Assembly: GCA_002633005.1 (NCBI GenBank)
Contig: NMRA01000410.1
Span: 345,885 to 409,884, forward strand
Direction of reading: 5' to 3'
Source of the DNA: Phoronis australis
Taxonomy: Eukaryota; Animalia; Phoronida
Length of the DNA: 64,000 nucleotides
Positions within the stretch are counted from its first letter, which is position 1. Every line of letters begins with the position of its first letter. Below are positions 26,901 through 38,100 of the stretch, piece after piece. Both the position numbers and the translations under genes were made by a program. A model generated the notes under the pieces. The model was not told where the DNA came from and did no database searches. It saw only the letters and a list, made by a program, of their open reading frames with translations.

Positions 26901-29900
26901 TACAAAAATCAAATATCAACAACCTTTCTCAAATTGTCATGATTTGGTTGCGAGGTTATAGCAATGCTTCTCACAAACAATATAAATTTTCCAACCTTTT
27001 GTGTTGTTCTTATGCTTGATACTTGATGCTGTCGTAGTGGGTTGTACTGCAAGAACAAAGAATGGTAAACAGAACAGCTATGTGAACGGTGAATATGAAC
27101 GGTATTAAATAGGAAACTGAAGGTTAAGATATGTAATGAAGAGCATAGTTTTCTGTTGAACCATAACGAGGGCATACACATATACTCACAGCACTAAACT
27201 ACACTTGCACTCATTAGGTTTAATGCCCAGAGGATTTCAATCAAGGATACAACAAAACATAATTACTTAGAAATAAAATTACTTCATATTCTGTGATGGG
27301 CAATAAGTGAACACTCCTTGTGGATAGTATTAACTTGATGACAATAGTGATTTGATGACAACAGTCCCTTTCAGGGTCTNAGTAGTCAAAATCGTCGGAA
27401 AATCATTGTCAACCGTCCTCTACATAGTAAGCATATACATGCCAATTTTCACAATCATCCTTTGAGCGGTTTGGTTGATAGAGGGGTGGACGCACAAAAA
27501 CAAACTCGAAAACACTAAAAATGGCCACTAGGTGGCGCAAACTACGTGGAATCCATCTGAAAACGGGAGGATAGCGTCACCTCACTAATAGGTGCCTACA
27601 TACCAAATTTCATGAAAATCCGTTCAGGACTTTTGAAGATACAAAGGTAAGCGTAAAAAAATTTAAATTGCCACTAGGGGGCACACCGGTAGTCGGAACC
27701 GTCCAAAAGTCGTCATCTTTCGTTGTTAACATCATATAAATATACTTACAAAATTTCGTAAAGATCCTGCAAACGGTTTAGGAGATACAGTCATAGGCGT
27801 AAAAAAACAAAACTGCCACTAGGAGACGCCACAGTGGTCGAAATCATCAGAAAATCATCGTCAACCGTCCTCTACATAGTAAGCATATGCATGCCAATTT
27901 TCACAATCATCCTTTTGTCATTGTCTGTTGTTAACATAATATAAATACACTTATAAAATTTCATAAAGATCCTGCGAACGGTTTAGGAGATAGAGCCATA
28001 GGCGCAAAAAAAACTGCCACTAGGAGGCGCCACAGTAAGCCAAATCGTCTGAAAATCGTTGTCAGCTGTCCTCTTTATAGTAAGCACATACATGCCAATT
28101 TTCACAATCATCCTTTGAGCGGTTTGGTTGATAGAGGGGTGGACGCAAAAATACAGACTCGAAAACACTAAAAATGGCCACTAGGTGGCGCAAGCTATGT
28201 CGAATCTATCTGAAAACGGGAGGATAGCGTCATCTCACTGATAGGTGCCTACATATCAGATTTCATGAAAATCCGTTCAGGACTTTTGAAGATACAAAGG
28301 TAAGCGTAAAAAACTAAAATTGCCACTAGGGGGCACACCGGTAGTCGGATCCGTCCAAAAGTCGTCATCTTCCGTTGCTAACATCATATAAATATACTTA
28401 CACAATTTCGTAAAGATCCTGAGAACGGTTTAGGAGTACAATGCACCGCAACATAGCGGCATTAACTCTGCAAATGAACCACTTACGTCCCTGAGTCGTT
28501 TCTCACCTTCCTCGCAGGACAACGCGACACCTCTCGGCAAGGTAACGTCGACCGTATGCAAGGCAATGTGGATATAGACCGATTAAGACGGCAGAAAAGA
28601 CTAATTAAATTGGGTGGCATTCACCTTTAATTTAATCAAATTGTGAAAACTGAACAAAAGGGGGGTGGGCAAATTAACGTTCCTCACAACATTTCATACT
28701 TCTATGGAGTACATAATTTTAGTTATTGCTGGTGTTCAGGGGGAGTTGCCCCCAGTGCCAGCAAAGGGGTACAAGGGAGGAGTGCAAACTAGGTGGGCGA
28801 CAAATGGGTTTTGACCCCTTCCCACGGGGGTAAATATGAGAAATGCTGAGTGCTAAACAGGTAAAAACCAATGGGGTATGCCAAATGAGCGTTAAGCCCC
28901 TTCCATAGTCACAAATTTTGGTTTTTCCCCTGACCATTAATAACATGTGCTGAGGTGGTGATAAGATTTGACCCTGGTTTTGAGCATGACCCCAATGACT
29001 TTTGCTTGTAATAGCTGGTAGCGATCATGCACCAGTATCATACGGGGTTTTTTCCAATTTTTCATATGTTAATCTCCAGGTTCGAGTGACGCCCAAAGTA
29101 CAGGTGGGTTGTTGAAACTTACGCATCCCTATTAATACACCCGGCTACTACCAGTGCAGACAATTGGTTTGCAGTTGGTGTAACACAAGTAAGAAGAAGA
29201 AAGCAAGAAACATCATCACTGCCACAACATAACATTCCATTCTAATGCTCCCTCACCTAATTTTAGAAGACGGACTTTGACAACAAGGTATCTGCAGAAC
29301 GAAGAGCATAGCCTGCATACAACAGTGGCACCGGGGCTGCGATTGACTTGTCTTCCAACTGCGAACAAAACACACAAAATGAAAGACATATCATATTATT
29401 GAATAACAAATAATTCTTACATTTCTGGATTCTTAGGAAACCTAAAAAAATGACATGTCTGGGGTTTTCGTGGATGAATTTGTACAATTTATCGCACTGC
29501 AAAATGTGTCCTTCCCCATTGTTCTTGCGCTTGCTACTTGACCGTTGCTTATTCGCCAGATGGCGGTGTTGATAGCTATGATCCANAAAGCTATATGTGA
29601 ATAGCATTGTTTAGTAACAAAAAATTGTGAGCTGATAGACCGTCTCACCTAAAATAAATATTCTAACCACTGTTGTCGGTATAAACCCTAACACTACAAA
29701 CAGTAATAAAGGTTACCCCCTATCTAGTACAATCGTATCAAGTTATTTAACATCACCTCTACAAAAATCAAATATCAACAGCCTTTCTCAAATTGTCATG
29801 ATTTGGTTGCGAGGTTACAATGCTTCTCACAAACAATATGAATTTTCCAACCTTTTGTGTTGTTCTTATGCTTGATACTTGATGCTGTCGTAGTGGGTTG

Positions 29901-32900
29901 TACTGCAAGAACAAAGAATGGTAAACAGAATAGCTATGTGAACGGTGAATATGAACGGTATTAAATAGGAAACTGAAGGTTAAGATATGTAATGAAGAGC
30001 ATAGTTTTCTGTTGAACCATAACGAGGGCATACACATATACCCACAGCACTAAACTACACTTGCACTCATTAGGTTTAATGCCCAGAGGATTTCAATCAA
30101 GGATACAACAAAACATAATTACTTAGAAATAAAATTACTTCATATTCTGTGATGGGCATTAAGTGAACACTCCTTGTGGATAGTATTAACTTGATGACAA
30201 TAGTGATTTGATGACAACAGTCCCTTTCAGGGTCTCGGATTTTGAGATCAAGTTAAATGCTCATTATTCAGTGGAGGAACCTGGCTCTCAAAATGCTGGA
30301 CTACTGTAAGTGGCTATTAATGTGGCTCTCCTCATGAACACATTAAACGTACAGAATGTTAATCTGTCTAACTTACCCGCACCCAATGAAGGATGTGCGG
30401 TATTACTTGAACATACCGCACCGTGGGTCGAATTACCCCTGGACAAGTACAAAGTACATTTGGTGTGATTAAGGCACTTCTCGGTTTTGCTGTGCACGTT
30501 GGAAAAAGTTCCTTCTTTACACTTTTCACAGATGGTATTTGTAATCGGGGTACCTGTAAAGTAGAATAATCAGGTCACTCAGGTGTCAATCAAGAAAGAA
30601 CTTCTTGTAATTTTTGCATCACTTAAGTACAAAATATTTAACATCTATTTCAGTGAAGGTTCCAAAGAGAGAGTTCTTAATAAGCAATATTAGACATTTT
30701 CAGGCTAAGTACTAGTGGAAGTTGCCTGCACAGAAAGTTGTCCATGTGACCAGATTCTGCTTGTACTACAAGCTTGGCAGTGGCGAGGTGTCAAGTTGCA
30801 TGCAAGCTTACAGAGTCATTGTTGAGTCAATATCCTCGCCTATACTCTTGAAAAGAATCCTACGCTGATAGTCTTTGCAAACTTAAATCCACAGCTATCT
30901 TAAAAGAAACCCTCTAGCTTCAGTCGATGTCATCATTTTCTGGAGATTAACTTGTCAATTAGTAATAAGGTATGAAATTACCCTTTTTAAACATGCTTGT
31001 TACCACTAGGGATAACAATTCTATTTTTAGATTTTCATTTTGAAAGTTTTTAAATAGCGTATTTGAATAGCATCACAGCAATTGACGAGTAATTGTGTCC
31101 AAAATTGGTGAGATTTTACTGCAGTATTGACAATGCTTAACAGCAATAATACAAACCTGGATTGACAACGCCAGAGCCTGGGGGACATGGGCTGTGTGAC
31201 TTGCATGAAGGATGACTAGGGTGCTTTAAATAAAATCCCTCCTTACATTGACAGACTGCATCTGTTGTCTTTGTGCAGGTTTTCACAATCTCTTGGTGTG
31301 TAATATCACACGAGTCGCTACATTCCAAACACCTTAAATTTGTGTTGCAGATGTGCATGTAATGGCTGGAACCACACGGTGTACATCTTGTAGTCTGATC
31401 GGTAGTACAATGAGCAACCCTGTGTGAGCCAGGCGGACATAAGTCACAAGCTATACCATTGTGGATGTATGTAGGACAGCTGCTGGATGACAGAATGCCG
31501 AGAGAAAACAGTACCTGAAAGAAAGATTACAGCAAACTTTGTCAAATTTCTGAAGCAGCGTTAGTGAAGAACATAATTGTGAACCTTCAGAACTTTTCAT
31601 GCATTTCTCCAAAACGCAATATTCATGTATGGATTAAAATTATGCATTATTTGCTAGTCAAATACGCGGCTTGTATGGGATGACTTAATTATATTCATCT
31701 GCGTGGCAAATCTTTACATGTGGGCCATTTCCAGACACTTCATATTTTGACGTACGAGGGACGATTTGCGCTGACATCATATGTAAGCTATGGTGGAGGG
31801 AACATTAGAGTAACTGGGAGTCAAAAACGACAACATTATTACCATGGGAGTCTGGTGTACCTGAATTGGGTTTTTTCGGGAGGCATATGATGTAAAATTG
31901 TTCGAACAAAAAAGTGTAATTTTTTCTCGCCTGCAATTTAGGTTTTTTAGAAGTCCCCGTTCAAAGTAATAAGTCGGCACTTCACAAAAATGGTGATGGC
32001 TTATAGACAATTACTGTAGCAATGACTGAAAAATCTGAACATATACCTTAAAGCATCCCATAATAGTTGTACCTGATAGACAATTATGGGATGCTTTAAT
32101 ACATGATTTTTCAGTCATTGCTTCAGTAATTTAGAAAATATATTTGAATTGACTTCAAGAACTGAATTAAACCTTTGCCACTTAAAAATGGATGTGTACT
32201 CTATTGCCATCAATTTGATAAAATTGGGTATTAACTCAAAAGACTCTAAACTTTTTACAGGAAAACATCATAATGAAGTGTTCACAGTCACTCATTTATT
32301 AGGAAGCCTCAAAAACTGGTCAAAATAAAATGAAAGTGGTATGTTATAGCTTGAGAGGTTTAGTTCCAGGCAAAGGTAGTACTCAGGGTGTCTACATGGC
32401 TTAACTAAGTTTGCTAAAATAAAACTCTGGGGGATTTCCAAACTACTACTAGGACTAGCAAATATTGCAGTCAACTCAGGTGGCCTTCGCCAAAGACTAA
32501 AAAGCAGAATTTACTCATGGGATAAGAAAAACTTTTAGTTCACATGAGATATGGAAAATATACAACAGGTGCCAGTAATCGGATACAATTTATACATCGC
32601 TGCAAAATGCCATTTTACACAACTGAGGAGGCAGTGTGACCGTGGGGTTGAGTGTCAGCTTCCTGTTCACAGGGCATAGTTTCAAATCCCACAGTAACCC
32701 ACAGCTAGACCTTTGAGTCAGAGCAGCTCAGACATGTGTTACATTGAAATAGCTTCAACGGTTTAGATGCAACTTTCCCTGCTGAGCAGTCTGCAGTGAT
32801 GCGACGGGTGTCAGATTGCCTACGCTATTTTGTCTTACAAGAAAAGGATGGCAAGAATGACAACAATTAACAAAATTACAGATGCCAGTGGAGGAAACAT

Positions 32901-33533
32901 CTCATGTCATGTAGATGATCTTGAGATTGACATTTGATATTCTGCATATGATGTGAGATTAGTGTTTTGACATGTTATACTTCGCTGCATGTACAAACTG
33001 GGACTTTTACAATCCCAGGTACAACGTGTAAATTCCTCTGGTAAGTTGTTTGACATAACTGTCTCTATAGACACAGCTTGGCTGGTAATAGAATTTGTCC
33101 CATACTGCTGAAACCTGGGGACAGTTAATAGACTTCTGCCTCCTGTGTTGTATACTGATTTTTTAAAGCTAAGGCTGCTTAACGAATTTGGTCTACGACA
33201 GCATAACTGGCATAGTAATCGGTGGAGTTGATAAGTGCCATCTCAACCAAAATGTTGGGGGGTGAAGATGGGCTTCCATCTCCCCCAAAATTCTGCATGT
33301 TATTAAGTATCAATTAATTAATAATTAGCCATTAAAAATTTCAACACGCAAACTTTATTTGAATATAAAATGTAACAGAATTCTCATGTCCCCTAGCCAT
33401 CAGTTATGCTTCCTAAGCACAGCGAAGGTTTTTAAAAATCTTTATATGGCTAGGAAATTTTTTTTCTCTGAGGCCAATCCCTAGTATACAGAATTAGGGT
33501 ACTTACCAAACTATAATGTAAAACTCTGGTCAT
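2854..33533 (-). CDS. Multi-exon TNF receptor superfamily death receptor (signal peptide, 4 CRDs, TM, exon-cassette linker, death domain)
   Basis: Manually spliced GT-AG exons with consistent phases: 33507-33533, 31157-31514, 30377-30553, 26458-26598, 17651-17728 and/or 16668-16745, 13523-13600, 12286-12375, 11783-11869, 9334-9414, 6744-6833, 6434-6517, 4852-4931, 2854-2988. They join into one open frame. CRD, TM and death-domain exons are well supported; inclusion of each linker exon is inferred. Confidence 0.8.
3253..3514. mobile_element. Shorter copy of the same MITE family
   Basis: Shares ggaatgacc..atgacaaaaaa at the left end and gcggaaaattccaagccctg at the right end with 23578-24084. 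Confidence 0.55.
4852..4931 (-). CDS. Death domain exon 2 (GEELTDPNIRNIEYDFYLQGINEVKYE)
   Basis: L.D..I..IEYD......E.KY pattern of death-domain helices 3-4; phase 1-0 links exactly to its neighbours. Confidence 0.85.
6434..6517 (-). CDS. Death domain exon 1 (EMSLREFFYKVASILHPHNWKEVMRKLP)
   Basis: Acceptor (t)n-cag, donor CAG|gtatgt; F..VA..L...W+..MR.L matches death-domain helices 1-2. Confidence 0.85.
6744..6833 (-). CDS. TNFR cytoplasmic repeat exon 3 (VTAASKSSSCKGGRSVAPDHETMEQEPLEQ)
   Basis: 90 nt, acceptor ccatcttctag, donor CAAG|gtatgc, phase 1-1. Confidence 0.65.
9155..9304. mobile_element. 150-bp Harbinger-like MITE
   Basis: TIR ggcccagttgcataa / ttatgcaactcagcc, 3-bp TSD CTG; absent from the paralogous sites at ~12261 and ~6722. 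Confidence 0.75.
9334..9414 (-). CDS. TNFR cytoplasmic repeat exon 2 (DTVVTFSSNENSVVLDLGTTVQESLKQ)
   Basis: 81 nt (net 9 nt shorter than copy 1, frame kept), same splice-site sequences as copy 1. Confidence 0.6.
10175..10445. repeat. Same ~54-bp minisatellite, paralogous array
   Basis: Repeated aaagtttgg(a/g)tacaccc...tttcactg units. Confidence 0.7.
11783..11869 (-). CDS. TNFR cytoplasmic exon (AACRSRLSSSNDAYVHSTDQLLDGEPSNT)
   Basis: 87 nt, acceptor tttatttctttcag, donor ACAG|gtacc, phase 1-1, open. Confidence 0.45.
12286..12375 (-). CDS. TNFR cytoplasmic repeat exon 1 (DTAAAKSSSSGKRRSVVSELGITDQERLEQ)
   Basis: 90 nt, acceptor ctgtcttccag, donor CAAG|gtataa; paralogous to exons at 9334 and 6744. 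Confidence 0.65.
13055..13435. repeat. Diverged ~54-bp minisatellite (ttagaaagtttgggtacacccatttccatttcactgtacccaag...)
   Basis: About 7 diverged tandem copies; related arrays at ~9790-9960 and ~10175-10445. Confidence 0.75.
13523..13600 (-). CDS. TNFR cytoplasmic exon (GKTLELKRSTSRTSDSEEEPLMEKNN)
   Basis: 78 nt, acceptor tctgtctatttcag, donor G|gtttgt, phase 1-1, open. Confidence 0.55.
16668..16745 (-). CDS. TNFR cytoplasmic exon, copy A (DDDNSNGGEKQSLTQDQELPEMCTTS)
   Basis: 78 nt, same splice sites as copy B; lies in a duplicated block on the other side of the 'n' at 16979. Confidence 0.55.
16841..16978. repeat. 27-bp minisatellite x5 (acattgttgtgaatacaatgtttcaac)
   Basis: Direct tandem copies ending at the 'n' at 16979; only one unit in the duplicate block at ~17829. 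Confidence 0.9.
17651..17728 (-). CDS. TNFR cytoplasmic exon, copy B (DDDNSNGGEKQSLNQDQELNEICTKG)
   Basis: 78 nt, acceptor ttacttacag, donor G|gtatga, phase 1-1, open. Confidence 0.6.
19759..20342. mobile_element. MITE-like element
   Basis: 17-bp inverted termini agtgcttaaaaccacca / tggtggttttaagcact. Confidence 0.55.
22818..26172. repeat. Helentron/HINE-like element(s) with an internal tandem array (~150-bp subunits in ~450-bp trimers)
   Basis: Starts aaacaagagc..., ends with a (gacg)n microsatellite and ...tgtgggcgtataaaaa (twice, ~25480 and ~26170); ccactagg motif periodicity of ~449-450 bp. Confidence 0.7.
23578..24084. mobile_element. MITE (cagg-cttggaat TIR family)
   Basis: TIR caggacttggaat / attccaagccctg, flanked by atatat on both sides. 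Confidence 0.65.
26458..26598 (-). CDS. TNFR transmembrane exon
   Basis: TIVAIIVVPLVMIVATFCFSLLGC hydrophobic stretch followed by a basic end (..CGKK); acceptor ttttttctacag, donor gtaagt; phase 1-1. Confidence 0.8.
26728..27379. repeat. Near-identical duplicate of 29587-30236 (probable uncollapsed haplotype)
   Basis: Copies differ only by scattered SNPs and small indels, and both begin at assembly 'n' joins. Confidence 0.8.
27381..28436. repeat. Further copies of the same ccactagg tandem repeat
   Basis: Near-identical subunits to 24400-25300; begins at the assembly 'n' at 27380. Confidence 0.8.
28440..28630. mobile_element. Terminal fragment of the same Kolobok-like family
   Basis: Clear similarity to 56333-56528, ending gggtggcattcacctttaa. 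Confidence 0.75.
30377..30553 (-). CDS. TNFR exon encoding CRD3b-CRD4
   Basis: GTPITNTICEKCKEGTFSNVHSKTEKCLNHTKC...GNSTHGAVC matches the OPG/DcR3/DR6-type CRD pattern; acceptor tttacag, donor gtaagt, phase 1-1. Confidence 0.92.
31157..31514 (-). CDS. TNFR exon encoding CRD1-CRD3a
   Basis: Acceptor ctttcag. Translation CPTYIHNGIACDLCPPGSHRVAHCTTDQTTRCTPC...CLECSDSC...CTKTTDAVCQCKEGFY...CKSHSPCPPGSGVVNP has TNFR cysteine spacing. Donor G|gtttgt. Confidence 0.92.
32011..32129. mobile_element. Palindromic miniature element
   Basis: ttactg.agcaatgactgaaaaatc...ttaaagcatcccataat is mirrored by attatgggatgctttaa...gatttttcagtcattgct.cagtaa. Confidence 0.6.
33507..33533 (-). CDS. TNFR first coding exon (MTRVLHYSL, start of signal peptide)
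   Basis: ATG at 33533, donor TTG|gtaagt, phase 0; joins VLFSLGILSSSS of the next exon to form a hydrophobic signal peptide. Confidence 0.6.
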
Positions 33534-34199
33534 GATGATACGAGAGCAAGCATTTTTTTATTATAACACTCTTTAACACAAGCTAGGTCCCTTCTGACAA
33601 TTATGGTAGGTCTTTTGCTTTCTAAACTTCTGATGCTGGTGTTGTTGACATCTTCGACCAATCTTGTCATAAGGAATTGATGTAGTCAGAACTGAAATGC
33701 TGTACTTTATGCTGAGCCTGAAATTATCAAATCCAATCCTTAACACCAGTTGAGCTCCTTAACTCCAAAATACCTTTTGAAACATTTTTTGTACCCCTGC
33801 CTCGCCCAGTCGGCCACTTTAAAAAGAGTCGAATACAGGGGTCCACGATTTTACAGGCAATCAGTGAATAACATAGTTGGCAAAATATTGAAACTCAAAA
33901 TGTGTGCCGAACATGAGTCATCGTCAGACAGGTTACATAAGGTTGTCCTCAAATGATTCACTTTAGACCAATGTATCAGTGACACTGGTAGCCCTCAGGT
34001 ACCTCAATGACCATCGTCTGTGCTGCACCAAAAAACACCAAAATCACGTTGTTATACCGTAAATACCTTTTTGCACACAGAGGGACACCTTAGCCTTAGG
34101 GCTTAGGAGGTCGTTGATGTATTTATACTCCTTTCAACTCGAACAAATACAAATTTCTTCGAGCAGTCCTTTGTCCAGTTCCCAAACTAAATTGGCATC

Positions 34200-35130
34200 T
34201 AACCAAATTGGCATCTTGCCATGATCAATCACACTGCGCACGCTGGCGGCTGGGGATATGTACGTCATATGCCACTCGCGCAAGACCCCCTCTCACAAAA
34301 CGTTTAGTACAATATTAATAGTAAAAATGCTCACGTTCTGAAGGCTGAAAACACCTTTACCAATGTCGTGAAGGTGTGGTGCTTTTAAACTTTACGAAGA
34401 CACAGTAAATCTTGGTACAAGACAACTCGGTTCATTCAATTGAATTGCGTCACTCCAAAACACAAATCACGGTGAGACTGGGAATTTCATTTACCCACTC
34501 GCAAAAGCATAACTTTTTTTTACTCTCGCGACATCTAGCGCCCAGACTCGCTGGTTCCCTGCGTACCGCTAGGTAGAGCGGTAGCCGCGCCAGCACTGCT
34601 GGCTGGGCTGAGCACGCAGGGAACCAGCGAGGCGCCGAGATAGCGTATTACCGGATGTAGCTCTTTGACCTCTTTCTGATTCCGGCATTTGCTGGTGCAG
34701 AAACAGACTGCGATTGAAAGCGAATATACAAGCGACATTTACCTGCCTTGCGTCTTCTGTTTCAAAATTACTGATTACTTCTAATGGAGCTATTCGGAAA
34801 ATCTACAATAACTAGAGGGCGCGCGTGTACTAGTCGTGGTGATGGATTAACAGCCTCGATTTCGTGAGCCCTTTAAATACATGGTGAAATGGCTTGCAAC
34901 CGTGCCAACTGAATCTGAGATTGCGTGAAAAGGGTGCTTCTATGAGAGGAAGTAAGCACGACCTTATACAAATGTAAGGTTTGTGATTATTTTAACGATT
35001 ATTCCATGCTTATTCTACCGATGCCTGTTAACTGAGGTACTCGCCGATGTCGACTTCGCGGCAGTCGCCAGTCGGCTTAAATTCTTTGCGATACGATACT
35101 TGACGTAGCAATCGGGATCTTTTCGTACAT
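34200..35130. promoter_or_regulatory. CpG-enriched candidate promoter region upstream of the TNFR gene
   Basis: Local CpG enrichment just upstream of the first coding exon; donor-like sites on both strands (minus ggcag|gtaaat ~34742; plus |gtaagg ~34974). Confidence 0.35.
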
Positions 35131-38100
35131 CAAAACATTATTATTGTTTGGAATGATTTCTAACACTTTATCAGTGACAGTTACATCAATCAATACTGAA
35201 TTTTTATGCTGTCAACTCGATACAGGTTACAATCCAAGCCCAATGGCAAAGCGGGGTACATGACAAATACCTATCACATTAGACTATTTGTTTACTCCCT
35301 ATCATATATCTTCTGGAAATCTATTACACGTTGAAATGGAAATCTGTCACGTCTGTTTTCACGTAACCTTTGGTTTTTAGGTTTGAGGGCATTGCTTCTG
35401 CACCGTCCCTGAATGGACAAAAATTGCTTTTTAGCATTTGACTGCAGCTAACCAACAAGATCTTCCCATCCAGTGCAGATCTTTTGTCAAAGCCTACTTT
35501 CAATATTGGAGGCAACGAACAAAGCCTTTGAAAAGGAACAGCTATTTTTAAAGAAAGGTATGTAAGTCATTTTGTTAATTTTCTTATTCAGGTCCTTAGC
35601 GGGGGATTGGCATGGGGGGTTGGGGTTGTAATATTTGGTACAACTGAATGTGTGGAAATAACAGGTAATACATGTTTGGGGAAAAGAGCATGGTGAGGTA
35701 ATTCTTAACCTTCATGAAGTACCCTTCAAGTTGATTTCTTGAAACTGTTTTGCTACTTGTATCAATTATAAACCCATGAAAATATATTACATTTTCTGAA
35801 TTCACAGTGACTGAATAGTCTTAACTCATGCCTTGAAATGTTGCAAGTCATTATAAATTCAAATGCCTGCCATTTTTGTGAAAATTGCATTTTTATGGTG
35901 CCTTACGATTTGTAATTACTCTTAAACAACAGAAAGATTAATCATCATTTTTAAATGACCCAAATCATCATATCCTCTATTAGAAGAAAAATTAAAAGTC
36001 TGAGAAACGGTTCCCTCAACCTTAGACTAGAAGTATTCCTGACAGACCCATGAACCTGTAATCGGAGTTTAAAATTGCTGAAAGTATCAAAATTAAAAAG
36101 GCTTGAAAATGGGTAACAAAGGTTTGACGTCTAAAAAAGCTTGTAGATTTTGCGGACAAGTGATGCGTTTAAAGAATTGTTATGACTAGGAATAAAAAAT
36201 AAAGACAGTTTTATGCATTACTTTTATATACACCCTTGGTTTCTGAAAATAGTCATAATTTTATGTGAAACTATAGAGCAGTCACCATATATTTTTGAAC
36301 AACAGGGATAACGTTTTTGACCCAATCTGGAGTACTTAATTATTCACATTTCAATATTTGTTCTAGGTTCAGTGACATTTTAAAGCCACTTCAAGCTGTA
36401 TCATAGACAAGCTTTGTTACTCCGTTCTCTTCCCACAGCACTTCCAAACACCAGCAGTGCTGCATGGCACAATGTACAAGTCAGTGGCCCTGGAGAAATG
36501 TGAATCGCAGTACTAAGTTACCATAAGACAATGTGTGTGGAGTGCCTGTGTATTCAGACGAACTATATCTGACTGCTACAAGTAAGCCTTGTTGGTGAGG
36601 ATGCCCTTTCATAGGCAATGAGTCATGTGTGGACAATAGCTTATTTCCTTTCCTGGAAGAAACATGAGGGACTGAAGCTAAAGAAGACCTAGAGACACTC
36701 TGGTCTACTTCAAGGGTCTGATTTTGGGCTCAAAGCGATTCAAGTGATATGCTGCTGTGTTTACCTTCAAGGGTCTAATTGTGGATGTTATTGAGGCTGA
36801 ATGAGGTTACATGAAAGAAATCCATGTGTGGAAACTGGACCTTTTTTACAAGCGCTTCTATAGGCCATTGAAACTAAATCCCAGTGCAATGAAAGCCAAA
36901 AGCTGAGTGACATTAAATTTTCCTTTCAGAATAAAGGCTTTATACTATTGGTAAAAACTTTTCAATTTGGTACACATTATGGGAAAATGACATTCAGTGA
37001 CTGATTGTCTCATTGTATGTTTTCAATTGTAGCTAGCTGGATAAGATTCTGCCATGCACAAGATTTGAGAATAAACAATTATCAATGTATTTAAAAACAA
37101 ATGGCAAACTGAAAAAGCACAGAAAGAAACAAAATTGCGACGGAGTCCATAACCAGGCATATCAAGTGCTAATTTCTGAATTATGTTCAATTCTCTCAGG
37201 TTATTGCTGAAGGATTGCTTTTCACTTTGTCCAAAGGTAAACTCGGGCGGTTGGTTTCAGTTGTTTTCGCTCACCTGTAACAGAATAGTCGGAGAAATAT
37301 TAGCAAATTGTAAAGGAAAAGACAAGACAAAACTACTTTTGTAAGGCAGAACATACTTGACGTTTCATCTTCATGTTTATGTGTAGAAACTAATAACCTT
37401 TGTACCCAAGTCTTATTTAATATCTGAATTAAAATATGTGAAACAGGCTAAAAGTGTTTTAACAATGCGTATTTTTCATGACACTTAAAATGTGATCTCA
37501 ACAAGTAAAATTCATTCTAAGTGTCAATTTTTCTTCCAATACAATGTTACGACATTTACTGAATTAAGGCTTATTCATGTTGATTCGATAACTGATCTGG
37601 TAGTCCTGGGGGTGGAGGCTGCGATAAAATAAGGAAACTCACACATCTAGAGAATTTTATTGGAAACAGCATAGTTTTGAAGAGAAACTGCTGTGAAAAA
37701 GTCACCCTTGACTTCTGTGCATCACGTACCATACACCTCTTATTTTGGGAGCACTCCCACCCAGGACAATATGAATGTGTGCTGCTAGCCTACCCGGCAT
37801 CGGGTGAATTTCCCAAAAGAAACACTAGTTCCACTCAATAAGCCTGTTATTCAGTGGGGTAACTGGTGGGGATAACATCACCAAACGATGTTGATAGAAA
37901 CTTGATTGCTATAAACTTACCAAGTGATGTTGTGTAGTCTCCGAATGGAACTGCATAGTCATAGAGCACACACGGGGCTTCAGCATCCACACACTTTTTG
38001 TCAATTAGTTGACCCTTTTGACCGCAATTGTCCACGAATATAGTAACCTTAGGTCTTTCGGGAATTTGTGGCCACCTGTCAAAGACTTGCACCAGGGAAA

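Noticed and set aside
32626-32700. tRNA-like A/B boxes
   Set aside because: No cloverleaf can be formed; at most a decayed SINE head, not a tRNA gene.
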